64,000 nucleotides of DNA from Sulfurospirillaceae bacterium (GTDB lineage: Bacteria > Campylobacterota > Campylobacteria > Campylobacterales > Sulfurospirillaceae), in NCBI GenBank assembly GCA_033723415.1, contig JAWVXD010000005.1, positions 96,001 through 160,000 on the forward strand, given 5' to 3'. How positions within the stretch are numbered: position 1 is the stretch's first letter; every line of letters begins with the position of its first letter. Of this stretch, positions 10,136-21,250 are shown piece by piece. The notes below the pieces were generated by a model. That model saw nothing but the letters and a program-made list of their open reading frames with translations, was not told the DNA's origin and searched no databases. The position numbers were made by a program, and so were the translations under genes.

Positions 10136-11032
10136 TTAAGAGAAGAATATTTCTATATATTTGCGCATCTCATCAACATTTTCAATCCTATTTACCTTAT
10201 CTCTAAAGGCTGAAGCTTCAGGAAATCCTTTTGAATATGTATGCAGGTGTTTTCTAAATATTGAAGCTCCTTTTTCTCCATAAAAATCTATCATATTGTC
10301 ATAATGTTCCAAGACAATCTCTTTTATTTTGTCTTTATTTACAAATTCAAGATTATTTTTAATTTGATAAAATATCCAAGGATTTCCGACAGCACCCCGT
10401 CCTATCATGATAGACTTACATCCTGTTATATTTTTTACTTCATTTGCTTTTTTGAGACTGGTTATATCCCCATTTGCGATAACAGGTATAGACACGGCAT
10501 CTTTTGCTCTTTTGATAGCTTCATAGTCTACTTCAGCCTTGTATCTTCCTGCTCTTGTTCTCCCATGTATACTCATAAAATCAACACCGGCTCTTTCACA
10601 TGCAAGTGCTATTTCTTCCGGGATTTTTTCATCAAATCCAAGCCTTACTTTTGCACTTAGATAATCTTTGTTGGAGTACTTTCTTATAGTTTCTAAAACT
10701 CTTTGCAATAGAGACAAATCTTTTAAAAGAGATGATCCTGCACACTGAGAAACAACTTTTGGCACCGGACACCCGCAGTTTAAATCTATCCCGTCAATTC
10801 CATCAATAGTATTTAGAACTTCCACGGCTTTTTTTATAACATCTAGATCTGAGCCTGCAATTTGCACAATATAAGGCTTTTCTAAAGGAGATTTCTTTAG
10901 CATTTCAAATGTTTTTTTTGAATTATGGACAAGTGCATTTGCACTTATCATCTCTGAAAAAGTTAAATCTGCATCAAATTTTTTAACAAGAGAGCGAAAC
11001 GGAAGGTCGGTATATCCGGCGAGAGGCGCCAA
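10136..11032 (-). CDS. dusB: tRNA-dihydrouridine synthase (true start probably about 12 codons further upstream)
   Basis: LAPLAGYTDLPFR, DLNCGCP, IHGRT, NGDI, MIGRG. Confidence 0.92.
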   Translation of the reverse strand: MAPLAGYTDLPFRSLVKKFDADLTFSEMISANALVHNSKKTFEMLKKSPLEKPYIVQIAGSDLDVIKKAVEVLNTIDGIDGIDLNCGCPVPKVVSQCAGSSLLKDLSLLQRVLETIRKYSNKDYLSAKVRLGFDEKIPEEIALACERAGVDFMSIHGRTRAGRYKAEVDYEAIKRAKDAVSIPVIANGDITSLKKANEVKNITGCKSIMIGRGAVGNPWIFYQIKNNLEFVNKDKIKEIVLEHYDNMIDFYGEKGASIFRKHLHTYSKGFPEASAFRDKVNRIENVDEMRKYIEIFFS

Positions 11033-11072
11033 AGCAGTTATGCCTTGGCTAAAATTTATCTTTTCTATGATA

Positions 11073-12086
11073 TTACACTTTCAAAAATTTTACGGTATCT
11101 ATATTTTTACCATGATCTCTTAAAAATAGAAGCGTCTTAAATTTTAAGAAATCTTCTTCATCTGAATTGTCTAGTATTTCTCTAACCTTATCGATCATCT
11201 GCAATTCATATAAAGTAAATATATAAGCATTAGCTGCTATTTGTCCTTTTTCATTGTACAAATTGCTAAATAGGTCTATTAATTCATCCGGCGACAATCT
11301 AACTCTTATCTCTTCGGCTAATTCAAGGTAGTCTTCACTATTTGCGTTAAATTGCTCTAACATCTGCTTCATCGAAGCTATATCAATCTCAAAATTGTCT
11401 TCAGGATCTAAATACCTTTCCATCATTCTTCTAAAAATATCTTTATCTATAGGGAAAGAGTACTTTTTGATTTCTGCAAAAGTTGCTATATTTAAAAGTT
11501 CATAATAGGCTTTTTTACATATTTCACTCTCTAGGTCACTACATTTTTTGAGTATAGTGTATGCATATTTTGGATCAGCTTTAAGTTTGTTTTCTTCATT
11601 TTTTATAAATAATTCATTATCTTCTGAAATCTTGTATTTCTTTATATCTTCAGGTTCACCTTCTCGAATTTTATCTACAATACGATAACATTCTTTTAAA
11701 TCTTCATTTTCCAAATCTTCTATATCGCTTTTTTTTGCATAATTTAGAGTAGACAGAACAAAGCCTGGAGTTTTGAAAAAATCTGTTTTAAATTTAAGAT
11801 TACTTTTTTCTCCAAAAATTGAGCTTTTCGTTACATTTATAAAAGTATCGTAATCTTTTTTTATTGCTCTTTTATTAAAAAAATCTTTTATACTATAGTA
11901 CATCAAATGAGAAATTGAAGCTATAAATAAGATTATTGATGGAACTATTATCCATACTGCAATTGGTAAATTTAAAGAAAACTTGTATATGCTAAGGGCA
12001 TAACTGTTTCCATTAAAACTATAAACATAAAGTCCGACAGCGAACAAATATATAACCGACAACAATGCATAACGTCTAATTCCCAT
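11073..12086 (-). CDS. conserved membrane-anchored hypothetical protein
   Basis: Two N-terminal TM helices then a helical soluble domain; lies between dksA and dusB. Confidence 0.7.
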   Translation of the reverse strand: MGIRRYALLSVIYLFAVGLYVYSFNGNSYALSIYKFSLNLPIAVWIIVPSIILFIASISHLMYYSIKDFFNKRAIKKDYDTFINVTKSSIFGEKSNLKFKTDFFKTPGFVLSTLNYAKKSDIEDLENEDLKECYRIVDKIREGEPEDIKKYKISEDNELFIKNEENKLKADPKYAYTILKKCSDLESEICKKAYYELLNIATFAEIKKYSFPIDKDIFRRMMERYLDPEDNFEIDIASMKQMLEQFNANSEDYLELAEEIRVRLSPDELIDLFSNLYNEKGQIAANAYIFTLYELQMIDKVREILDNSDEEDFLKFKTLLFLRDHGKNIDTVKFLKV

Positions 12087-12097
12087 CTAATCCCGCC

Positions 12098-12457
12098 TTA
12101 ATTCTTTTTTGCTGATTTTTCCATAATTTCTCTACAAGTAATGCAGTATTTTGCTTGAGGTTTTACTTTCAATCTTTGAAAACTTATCTCTTCTTCACAC
12201 ATTTCGCAGATTCCGTATGTTCCGCCTTTGATCTTACCCAAAGAGTAATCGATCTCATGAAGCTCTTTTGTCAATTGCTGATTAATTGCTTCTTCGATCA
12301 ACCTATCAGTACTTATAGAAGCATGATCTGCTTCATCTCCAACATCATCTTGCTTAAGAGATGTTATTCCTTTTATAGACTCATCAATATTTTTAAGTAT
12401 CTGTCTTTTTCTTTCGTTTAAAATATCTTCAAAAAATTTTACTTCATTTTTTCGCAT
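12098..12457 (-). CDS. dksA: RNA polymerase-binding protein DksA
   Basis: DEADHA coiled-coil tip, YGICEMC...CITC zinc finger. Confidence 0.93.
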   Translation of the reverse strand: MRKNEVKFFEDILNERKRQILKNIDESIKGITSLKQDDVGDEADHASISTDRLIEEAINQQLTKELHEIDYSLGKIKGGTYGICEMCEEEISFQRLKVKPQAKYCITCREIMEKSAKKN

Positions 12458-12486
12458 TTAATACTCCATAAATAATATTATACAAG

Positions 12487-12942
12487 TTATTTATGATAAG
12501 GGTGATTTGCTTTTATGCAAAGTCCTCTATAAATCTGCTCAAATAATACTACTTTAGCAATCTTATGGGCATAAGTCAGTTTACTTAAGCTAATAATTTT
12601 TTGAGTTTTATCCAAAAAATCTTGCTCTAAACCATAAGCCCCACCTATAAAAAAATTGATATTTGAATTTCCCTCAAATAATGAGCTAAATTCAAAACTA
12701 TCCAATTCTTTACCACAAACATCCAAAGCCACATTGTACCCTTTTAAATGTGATTCGTATACTTTTGTATATGCCTTTTTCGATTCTTTTTCTCCTCTTG
12801 TCTGAGATAATGCGATATCCTTGTTAAAAATCACCGTATCTTCAACTTGTGCATATTTTTTTATCATCTTCATATACTCATTGAGAAGATTTTCAATTGC
12901 TTTACTCTTTGTCTTCTCTATTGAATATATGTTGATCTTCAT
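12487..12942 (-). CDS. rlmH: 23S rRNA m3Psi1915 methyltransferase
   Basis: FFIGGAYGL, EQIYR, HPYHK. Confidence 0.93.
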   Translation of the reverse strand: MKINIYSIEKTKSKAIENLLNEYMKMIKKYAQVEDTVIFNKDIALSQTRGEKESKKAYTKVYESHLKGYNVALDVCGKELDSFEFSSLFEGNSNINFFIGGAYGLEQDFLDKTQKIISLSKLTYAHKIAKVVLFEQIYRGLCIKANHPYHK

Positions 12943-13819
12943 TGCTTGGACCTTTTATCTTTAATTCAAAATCTTTTTTGTCGCTTTGGAAGAAGATCAA
13001 AATATCTGAAATTGTTTTTTTCAATTCACTTCTTTTTACGATCATATCTATCAATCCATGTTCTATTAAAAATTCTGATCTTTGAAATCCCTCAGGAAGT
13101 TCTGCCCCTATTGTTTGCTTTATAACGCGTTGGCCTGCAAATCCTACCAGAGCACCTGGTTCAGCTATGATTATGTCTCCGAGCCAAGCAAAAGAAGCAC
13201 TGACCCCACCCATAGTAGGATCGGTCAAAATAGAGATATATGGCAATTTATGATTTGCTAATTCTTTGATTGCAGCAGATGTTTTGGACATTTGAAGTAA
13301 AGAAAATGTACTCTCTTGCATCCTGGCACCGCCACTTGCACTTACGATAACTAGACCATGTTGTTTTTTTATTGCTCTTTTTGCTGCTCTTACGATCTTT
13401 TCACCTTCAACAGAACCTAAACTTCCTCCCATAAAATCAAAATCAAATACTACAAGCTCTAGAGGAATTCCATTGATCTTGCCAGATCCTGAAATCACGG
13501 AAGAAGTTCTATTTGTTTTATTTTGAGCTTCTTGTATTCTTTTTTTATATGATTTTTTGTCAACAAATTTAAGAGGATCAACTGGTGCTAAATTAGAATC
13601 AAATTCATCAAATGTATCAGCGTCAATAAGTTGTTCAATTCTTTTTTGTATATTTATCCTAAAGTGAAAACCACATTTCGGACAAACATTTAATTGATTT
13701 TCAACCTCTTTGTAATACATCAAAGATTGACACTGTTTACATTTTACCCAATGCTGAGGCGCTTCATCTTTCGAAGGTTGTGTTTTGCGAAAATTACCAA
13801 AAATTTCACTAAATTTCAT
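12902..13819 (-). CDS. accD: acetyl-CoA carboxylase carboxyltransferase beta subunit
   Basis: WVKC..C/CPKC zinc site, FMGGSLG, SGGARMQE, GGVSAS. Confidence 0.96.
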   Translation of the reverse strand: MKFSEIFGNFRKTQPSKDEAPQHWVKCKQCQSLMYYKEVENQLNVCPKCGFHFRINIQKRIEQLIDADTFDEFDSNLAPVDPLKFVDKKSYKKRIQEAQNKTNRTSSVISGSGKINGIPLELVVFDFDFMGGSLGSVEGEKIVRAAKRAIKKQHGLVIVSASGGARMQESTFSLLQMSKTSAAIKELANHKLPYISILTDPTMGGVSASFAWLGDIIIAEPGALVGFAGQRVIKQTIGAELPEGFQRSEFLIEHGLIDMIVKRSELKKTISDILIFFQSDKKDFELKIKGPSNEDQHIFNREDKE

Positions 13820-13835
13820 ACTCTTGACTGCCTTA

Positions 13836-14549
13836 TTAAAATAATCTGGTCATTTTATCAAAAGTTTCCTTATCTTTGCTTATAAACATCAACTCTTCAT
13901 TTTTTAGTATATGAATATCTTCACACATATAAATGCCGCCTTCCACATCAAAGATGCGAGTTTTACCTTCAAACAATACAAAATCTACCTCATGTGCATA
14001 TGCCAAAGATAGAGCTATAGCCCCTGGTGAACGATATTTTATATTATTATCTTCTAGTTTTTGGAATAAATTTTTTGAACTATATACTTTTTCAAAAATG
14101 CCAATAGTCGAATATGGATTTTTGATAATATCTACAAATTGTAAATTTTTCAGATTTGCTTTTTGAAATTTTGTCGAATCTTTTACGAATATATCTCCGT
14201 TTGCCAAATTGACTATTATAGCAGCAATGCATTTTTCTTTGTACTTTAAGACAGCAGATGTTCCAAAATACGGAAAATTGGCGATAAGATTATTACTTCC
14301 GTCTATCGGATCTATGATGATCTCAAAATCACTTTTATTATCTATGAAACCACACTCTTCTGAATAAATATTGCCAAAATTGTTTAAATGTTTTATAAAA
14401 ATATTCTCAGCGGCGATATCAACATATCTGCTCATATCACCGCCTTCACCGATACTGATTGTTTTAGATAATACTGCAAGCTTAGTACTGTTTAACAGTT
14501 CCATTATCTCTTGATTTGCTTGTATGGCACTTTCTATAAAATTTTTCAT
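13836..14549 (-). CDS. inositol monophosphatase / FBPase family protein
   Basis: GEGGD...DIAAE, SEE, IDPIDGS. Confidence 0.85.
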   Translation of the reverse strand: MKNFIESAIQANQEIMELLNSTKLAVLSKTISIGEGGDMSRYVDIAAENIFIKHLNNFGNIYSEECGFIDNKSDFEIIIDPIDGSNNLIANFPYFGTSAVLKYKEKCIAAIIVNLANGDIFVKDSTKFQKANLKNLQFVDIIKNPYSTIGIFEKVYSSKNLFQKLEDNNIKYRSPGAIALSLAYAHEVDFVLFEGKTRIFDVEGGIYMCEDIHILKNEELMFISKDKETFDKMTRLF

Positions 14550-14552
14550 TTC

Positions 14553-15935
14553 CTAGCTTGATAAATTTTTTATTATCTGCTGTGCAGCTTCTTTGCCGTC
14601 TTTTGCAGCTGTTACGACAAGATCACTTCCTCTTTTGCAATCACCGCCGGCATAGATTCCTGTTTTACTTGTCTGATGGTCATCTCCGACAATTATATTT
14701 CCATATTTATTTGTTTCGATTCCGTTGGAAGAAAAGAAATCGGTATTAGTTGCAGAAAAACCTAATGCAAAGATAATAACTGTTGCATCTACTTTAAATT
14801 CATTTCCTTTTATTATTTCAACGCTAGACCTTCCACTACTGTCTTTTTTGCCCAAAACTGTTCTCTGCAGTACTATGGATATTGCTTGGTTATCGCTATT
14901 TACCACGATCTCTTTCGGGCTTGCGTTATATATAAATCGTACACCTTCTTCTCGTGCGTTTTGAAACTCTTTCTTACTTCCAGGCATATTGTACTTGTCT
15001 CTTCTATATATACAAGTTACTTCTTTTGCCTCTTGTCTTATAGCTGTTCTTACACAATCCATAGCAGTATCTCCACCGCCTATAACAACCACATTTTTGC
15101 CTTTAACACAAAATTTCTCATCATGTTTTTCCAAAAATAGCTTGTGCTGGGAGTTTCTCAAGAAATCTATCGCCATAAAAACGCCATTTGCATTTTCATT
15201 GGTAATTTTCGCCTTCACAGAATTTTGAGCACCTGTTCCTATAAAGATACTGTCATGCGTACTGACTATTTCATCAAAGGTTATATTCTTTCCTACTTCT
15301 GTATTCAGATGTAAGCTCATACCTGCATCTATAAGCCACTTTATCCTTCTAGCAACAATGTCCTTATCAAGTTTAAAGCTAGGGATACCGTAAGTCAAAA
15401 GACCACCTGCTCTTGGATCTTTTTCATACATATTTACTTTTATCCCACTTCGCAAAAGGTATGTTGCTGCTGCTATTCCCGCTGGCCCTGAGCCTATTAT
15501 TGCAACTTTTTTATCTGTGGTTATACCTGGAAATTCAGGTTTTAAGCCTTTTTTGAATCCTTCTTCCGAAATAAATGTCTCGATATTTCCGATAGTTATA
15601 GCTCCATGTCCGTCATTTAATGTACAATCACCTTCACAAAGTCTGTCATGAGGACAAATCCTGCCAGTTATTTCCGGATATGGATTTGATTCATTTGAGA
15701 GCTTAAAGGAAAGGTTCAAATCCATCTCGCTTGAAGACTTCAACCAATAAGGGATATAATTATGCAATGGACATTTATTGTGACAATATGGATCACCGCA
15801 TTGAATACATCTGTTTGCCTGAATCGCAGCATCTTCTTTGTTTAATACTTCATATATTTCATTAAAATCTCCGATTCTGTCGCTGCTATCCCTTTTTCTT
15901 GCAGATATTCGCTCTGTATTTATAAAATCTTGCAT
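14553..15935 (-). CDS. gltD: glutamate synthase small subunit
   Basis: RCIQCGDPYC, GRICP, GSGPAG, GGGDTAMDC. Confidence 0.96.
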   Translation of the reverse strand: MQDFINTERISARKRDSSDRIGDFNEIYEVLNKEDAAIQANRCIQCGDPYCHNKCPLHNYIPYWLKSSSEMDLNLSFKLSNESNPYPEITGRICPHDRLCEGDCTLNDGHGAITIGNIETFISEEGFKKGLKPEFPGITTDKKVAIIGSGPAGIAAATYLLRSGIKVNMYEKDPRAGGLLTYGIPSFKLDKDIVARRIKWLIDAGMSLHLNTEVGKNITFDEIVSTHDSIFIGTGAQNSVKAKITNENANGVFMAIDFLRNSQHKLFLEKHDEKFCVKGKNVVVIGGGDTAMDCVRTAIRQEAKEVTCIYRRDKYNMPGSKKEFQNAREEGVRFIYNASPKEIVVNSDNQAISIVLQRTVLGKKDSSGRSSVEIIKGNEFKVDATVIIFALGFSATNTDFFSSNGIETNKYGNIIVGDDHQTSKTGIYAGGDCKRGSDLVVTAAKDGKEAAQQIIKNLSS

Positions 15936-15941
15936 AATATA

Positions 15942-18900
15942 TTAATCTCCTTCTTCTGGATTCAATGGGATTTTAGTCATATCTTTTGGCATTACCATCC
16001 AGAAATCTCTGACATTATGTCTAAAATCTTCTATTATTAATTTTGCTTTCAAGCTATCTGTTTCATTGATATGATTTCTCAATAATTTCTTTAAAAAGTG
16101 TTTTGCTTCATCCATTTCATCTATATCTACCCTGACAGCGACTACTAGTTCTTGGTTTAGTTTATCTATAAAGTCTCTGTTTTTATCATAAACAAATGCT
16201 ATACCTCCTGTCATACCGGCACCAAAATTCACTCCTGTATTTCCTAATATCACAACAACACCGCCTGTCATATATTCACAAGCATGATCTCCCGTACCTT
16301 CTACAACAGCCTTAGCACCGGAGTTTCTTACACAAAATCTCTCTCCGACTACACCTGCAACAAAAAGTTTACCTCCTGTTGCTCCGTAAAGACAGGTATT
16401 TCCAGCACATGAATAATTTTCTTTTTGAACAGAAGGAGTAATAACAATCTTTCCACCATTCATACCTTTTCCCACATAATCATTAGCAGAACCTACAAGA
16501 CTTATAGATATCCCATTTGTTAAAAAAGCACCCAAGGATTGCCCTGCTGTGCCGGTTAACTTTAATATAATACTATTTTCTTTCAATCCATTGTTGCCGT
16601 AATATTTTGCTATTTCACCGCTTATCAATGTGCCAAAGCTTCTATTTGTATTTTTAATAGTCCTGTTTACGACTATTAGCTGTTCAGGATTTTCTATGAC
16701 CTTATATACTTCTTTTAATATCTCTTTTTCAAATTCATTTTGATCAAACGGATGATTAGGAACATTGCCGTAAGTATTGATTCCATCGACTCTCATAAGT
16801 ACAGAAGAAAAATCAAATTTTTTGGCAAATTCATCATCTATGATCTCTAATAGATCACTTCGACCTATTATATCTTCCATCCTTTCATACCCAAGTTTTG
16901 CAAGAATTTCTCTGATATCTTGAGCTATAAAGGTAAAGAAATTAACCAATTTATCTACATTCCCTATAAAATATTCTCTCAATTTTTCATTTTGTGTAGC
17001 AATTCCAACTGAACATCTGTTGAGATGACATATTCTTAGAATCTTACAGCCAAGTAAAGTCAATGCCAAAGTTCCAAAAGCATAACTTTCGGCTCCCAAA
17101 AGTGCTGCTTTAACAATATCCAGTCCTGTTTTTAAACCTCCGTCTGTCTGCAAATGGACTTTACTTCTGAGATGATTTGCTTTGAGTGCATTGTGCGCTT
17201 CACTGAGCCCTATTTCCCAAGGATTTCCGGCTGATTTTATAGATCCAAGAGGAGCAGCACCAGTTCCTCCATCACCACCTGAAATAATGATCTTGTCTGC
17301 ATAGGCTTTTGCGACACCTGCAGCGATCGTGCCTACTCCTGCCGTTGATACAAGTTTGACGGTTATTGTTGCATCAGGGTTGACCTGTTTTAGATCAAAT
17401 ATCAATTGGGCAAGATCTTCTATAGAATATATGTCATGATGAGGCGGTGGAGATATAAGCGTAACTCCAGGAACCGTATATCTCAATTTTGCTATCAGAT
17501 TTGAAACCTTGTGTCCCGGCAATTGTCCACCTTCTCCAGGTTTTGCTCCTTGTGCAACTTTTATCTGAATTTCTGTCGCACTTCTTAAATATTCGGGAGT
17601 GACACCAAAACGTCCTGATGCTATTTGTTTGATCTTTGAATTTTTATTTGATTTCAACCGTGCAGAATCTTCTCCTCCTTCACCGCAGTTTGACATAGCC
17701 CCTATTCTATTCATCGCCTCTGCCAATGCTTCATGTGCTTCAGGAGAAATAGATCCTAGACTCATGGCTGCTGTATTAAATCTTTTAAATATCTCTTCTA
17801 TTGGTTCAACTTTTTCTATGTCTATAGGATCTTTGTCTGATTTCAATACAAAGAAATCGCGAATCATTTTTTTATCTCTATTATTGATTAAATTGGCAAA
17901 AGTATCATAATCTTCTCTCTCTCCACTCTCTGCCATCTTATGAACCGAATGCACTATATTTGGACTATAGTCGTGATACTCGCTCCCGTCAAGATACTTG
18001 TAATAGCCTCCTATTTCTAGTGGGAATAACCTTTTGCTAAGATTTAAACTATATGCATTTTTATGATTTCTTTGGAGTCTATCTTCAATATCATCAAATC
18101 CAAGTCCTGGAAGAAGAGCATAAACACCTCTGAAACAGCTGTCTATTATCTCTTTTGACAATCCTATGGTATCAAAAAGAGCCGAGTTTCTATATGAAGA
18201 TATCGTAGAGATTCCCATTTTAGACATTATTTTTAGTAGCCCCTGATTTAATGCGTTATTGACATTTTTCAAATTTGTCTTTATTTCATATGTACTAAGG
18301 CCTTTTTCTTTGGATTCTACTAAAGTTGTCGCGTATAACATATAAGGATAAATCGCACTTGCTCCAAAACCAATCATACAAGCACAAGAATGAGAATCCA
18401 AAGCTTCTCCTGATATAGCAACAATACTTATAAGATCTCTAACACCGTTTTCCAACAATATTTCATTTATCTTACCTACACACATAGCCATAGGTATCGG
18501 TTTTTTTACACTATCCATACCTCTGTCATCAAGATATACGATTCGTACTTTTTCTTTTAATACTGCTTCTATAACATCATAAGCTAGATCTTCCAAACTT
18601 CCTTTTAAATTGTCATCAAACAGAGTTGAAAATGTTTTTCCTTTAAAATTTTCTTTGTATCTAGGTTTACTGGCATCGCCAAAAGACTGCAGTACTTCGA
18701 TTTTTTCTTGCATAAGAATAGGAGATATAGTTTTAATTCTCATAGAATGCTGTGGCTTTTCATCTAAAATATTACTAAGCTCTCCAAAACCTGTATTTAA
18801 GCTCATAACGATTTTTTCACGAATCGGATCAATAGGAGGATTTGTCACCTGCGCAAATTTTTGTTTAAAATAATCAGTAAAACTTCTTTGTTTTTGGCTA

Positions 18901-20366
18901 AATGCAGCTAATGGAGTATCATCACCCATAGAGCCTACACCATCTTTCCCATCTTGCATCATAGGACTTATAACCATATTTTTAAACTCTTGCGTTATGT
19001 TAAAGAATCTCTGTTTTAGTTCCAGATCTTTCATATCATAATCACTTACATTTTCAAATGGCATATCTACAAATTCTTGTAAATATGTAAGGTTTTCATT
19101 AAGCCATGTTCCATATGGTTTGGAAGTTTTTATATAATCATCGACATCATCATTTTTGAGTATTTTACAGTACTTTAAGTCAACACCGATTATTTGTCCA
19201 CTTTGCAGCCTTCCTTTCTCTAATATTTCACTATCATCTATATCTAGCACTCCATATTCACTAGAGATCAAGATCCTCTCATCCTTTGTTATTATATACT
19301 TTGCGGGCCTTAAACCATTCCTATCCAAAACACAGGCAATATATCTTCCATCAGTAAAAGATATCGCGGCAGGACCGTCCCAAGGATCAAAATTTATACT
19401 AGAATATTCATAAAAAGATCTGAGCTCACTATCTATATGTGGAGCATTCTGCCAAGGCATAGGGATTAAAGATCTAATAGTCTTAAAGAAATCATATCCG
19501 TTTGCTATCATGAACTCAAACATATGGTCTAAACTTGCACTATCACTAACGTCATCACTGGTAATAGGAAATAGCTTATCAAGTTCTTGTTGTGAAAAAA
19601 CCTCACTTTTAAGGGAATTTCTTCTTGCTTTTATATTGAATCTATTTGCTGATATAGAATTTATTTCACCGTTGTGCGCAAGCATTCTAAACGGCTGAGC
19701 CAGCTTCCATTGAGGTAAAGTATTTGTTGAAAATCTTTGATGAAAAAGTGCAAACTTTGTTTTAAAGCTTTCATCACCCAAGTCCAAGAAGAATGATTTG
19801 ATGTATACAGGCATCACCAAACCTTTATATGATATTACCTTACTTGAAAATGATGCTATATAAAAATCTTTGTGCTTCTCCAATGCTTTTTCTATCTCTT
19901 TTCTACTTAGATATAAAAGAGCTTCAAATCTTTTGGTCGCTATCATAGATGAAGGTGTAACAAAAATCTGAACAATATTCGGCAATAACTCTAAAGCTTG
20001 TTCTCCCAATGCTTTTGTATCGACAGGGACATCTCTAAATAATATAACTTTCAAATCATTTTTTTCACAAATTTCAGTAAATACGTCTTTGTCTTTTTCA
20101 TCTTTCATAAAAACCATAGCTACAGCAAACTGCTTTGGAAGATCGACATTTAGTTTTCTTGCTTCTTTTTTCATAAATTCAGTAGGCAATGAAAACAAAA
20201 GCCCACTTCCGTCTCCACTTTTACCATCAGCAGCTATCGCACCTCTATGCATCATCCTCTCTAGAGCTGTAATGGCATCTTGCGTATTTTTGTAAGTTGA
20301 AACATTATTTATATTTGCAAGAAGTCCAAAACCACAGTTATCTTTAAAGCCAGTAATAAGATCCAT
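15942..20366 (-). CDS. gltB: glutamate synthase large subunit
   Basis: CGFG N-terminal nucleophile, HQRFSTNT, QGAKPGEGGQL, [3Fe-4S] Cys cluster, GXGXG domain. Confidence 0.98.
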   Translation of the reverse strand: MDLITGFKDNCGFGLLANINNVSTYKNTQDAITALERMMHRGAIAADGKSGDGSGLLFSLPTEFMKKEARKLNVDLPKQFAVAMVFMKDEKDKDVFTEICEKNDLKVILFRDVPVDTKALGEQALELLPNIVQIFVTPSSMIATKRFEALLYLSRKEIEKALEKHKDFYIASFSSKVISYKGLVMPVYIKSFFLDLGDESFKTKFALFHQRFSTNTLPQWKLAQPFRMLAHNGEINSISANRFNIKARRNSLKSEVFSQQELDKLFPITSDDVSDSASLDHMFEFMIANGYDFFKTIRSLIPMPWQNAPHIDSELRSFYEYSSINFDPWDGPAAISFTDGRYIACVLDRNGLRPAKYIITKDERILISSEYGVLDIDDSEILEKGRLQSGQIIGVDLKYCKILKNDDVDDYIKTSKPYGTWLNENLTYLQEFVDMPFENVSDYDMKDLELKQRFFNITQEFKNMVISPMMQDGKDGVGSMGDDTPLAAFSQKQRSFTDYFKQKFAQVTNPPIDPIREKIVMSLNTGFGELSNILDEKPQHSMRIKTISPILMQEKIEVLQSFGDASKPRYKENFKGKTFSTLFDDNLKGSLEDLAYDVIEAVLKEKVRIVYLDDRGMDSVKKPIPMAMCVGKINEILLENGVRDLISIVAISGEALDSHSCACMIGFGASAIYPYMLYATTLVESKEKGLSTYEIKTNLKNVNNALNQGLLKIMSKMGISTISSYRNSALFDTIGLSKEIIDSCFRGVYALLPGLGFDDIEDRLQRNHKNAYSLNLSKRLFPLEIGGYYKYLDGSEYHDYSPNIVHSVHKMAESGEREDYDTFANLINNRDKKMIRDFFVLKSDKDPIDIEKVEPIEEIFKRFNTAAMSLGSISPEAHEALAEAMNRIGAMSNCGEGGEDSARLKSNKNSKIKQIASGRFGVTPEYLRSATEIQIKVAQGAKPGEGGQLPGHKVSNLIAKLRYTVPGVTLISPPPHHDIYSIEDLAQLIFDLKQVNPDATITVKLVSTAGVGTIAAGVAKAYADKIIISGGDGGTGAAPLGSIKSAGNPWEIGLSEAHNALKANHLRSKVHLQTDGGLKTGLDIVKAALLGAESYAFGTLALTLLGCKILRICHLNRCSVGIATQNEKLREYFIGNVDKLVNFFTFIAQDIREILAKLGYERMEDIIGRSDLLEIIDDEFAKKFDFSSVLMRVDGINTYGNVPNHPFDQNEFEKEILKEVYKVIENPEQLIVVNRTIKNTNRSFGTLISGEIAKYYGNNGLKENSIILKLTGTAGQSLGAFLTNGISISLVGSANDYVGKGMNGGKIVITPSVQKENYSCAGNTCLYGATGGKLFVAGVVGERFCVRNSGAKAVVEGTGDHACEYMTGGVVVILGNTGVNFGAGMTGGIAFVYDKNRDFIDKLNQELVVAVRVDIDEMDEAKHFLKKLLRNHINETDSLKAKLIIEDFRHNVRDFWMVMPKDMTKIPLNPEEGD

Positions 20367-20515
20367 TTAGCAACCTTTTAAAATATTTAAGATGATGAAT
20401 ATATCCTAAATATCCTTAATAAACGATAAATGTACTAAAAAGGGGCATTTAAAATAAATACATATCGAATTAACACTTAAACAAAAATAAATATTTATTT
20501 AGCTAAAATTTCACG

Positions 20516-21133
20516 ATGCAAGGATATATAATAAACATAAACAGAGCAAGAGATGAAGATCTCATAATCACTATTTTAACACAAAATCAAAAATACACAT
20601 CCTATAGATTTTATGGAGCCAGACATTCTACTATTAACTTGGGATACAAGATTGATTTTGAATTAGAACACTCTAGTAAATCATCTATTCCACAATTAAG
20701 AAATGTTCTTCATCTTGCATCCAAATGGAATGCGATGAGAGAACATATGTTTAATTGGCAACAGTATATCAGGCTTTTTTATTCGCATCTAAAAGAAATA
20801 GAAGATATAGAAAGCTTTTATTTTGATATATTGGAGACTTCATATCAAATCTGGGATAAACAAAATTCAAAAAGAGTTGCAATAGAATGCTATGTCAAAC
20901 TTTTAGAATATGAAGGTAGACTACACAATGACTTTTTGTGTTTTGAATGTGATAAAGCTATCACAGATGATGTTTCCTTGCTTAGAGCTTTCTTGCCTGC
21001 TCACAAATCTTGTATATATAAAAATAGCTATAAACTAGATCATGTAAAAGAGTTATTTGAACATAAAAGCACTCTTTTCTTTAATGATACGGATATAGAA
21101 AACCTTTGGCAAGTGCTAAATGAAGGCTTCTAA
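20516..21133 (+). CDS. recO: recombination protein RecO (Campylobacterales type)
   Basis: MQGYI...DEDLI...YRFYGARHS, EGRLH, CxxC. Confidence 0.85.
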   Translation: MQGYIININRARDEDLIITILTQNQKYTSYRFYGARHSTINLGYKIDFELEHSSKSSIPQLRNVLHLASKWNAMREHMFNWQQYIRLFYSHLKEIEDIESFYFDILETSYQIWDKQNSKRVAIECYVKLLEYEGRLHNDFLCFECDKAITDDVSLLRAFLPAHKSCIYKNSYKLDHVKELFEHKSTLFFNDTDIENLWQVLNEGF

Positions 21134-21250
21134 TTAAAAAATTATAGATTTCTCATCATGATATAAAATTAGTGCTATAATATATATAGTATTTTATTTG
21201 CTCAAATATCTAAACCTTTAATTGTTGCATAAACCCATAAAGGAGAAGAA

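Noticed and set aside
9988..10206. 72-aa plus-strand ORF between copA and dusB
   Set aside because: Overlaps dusB and is antisense to the AOR-like relic, which explains the region better.
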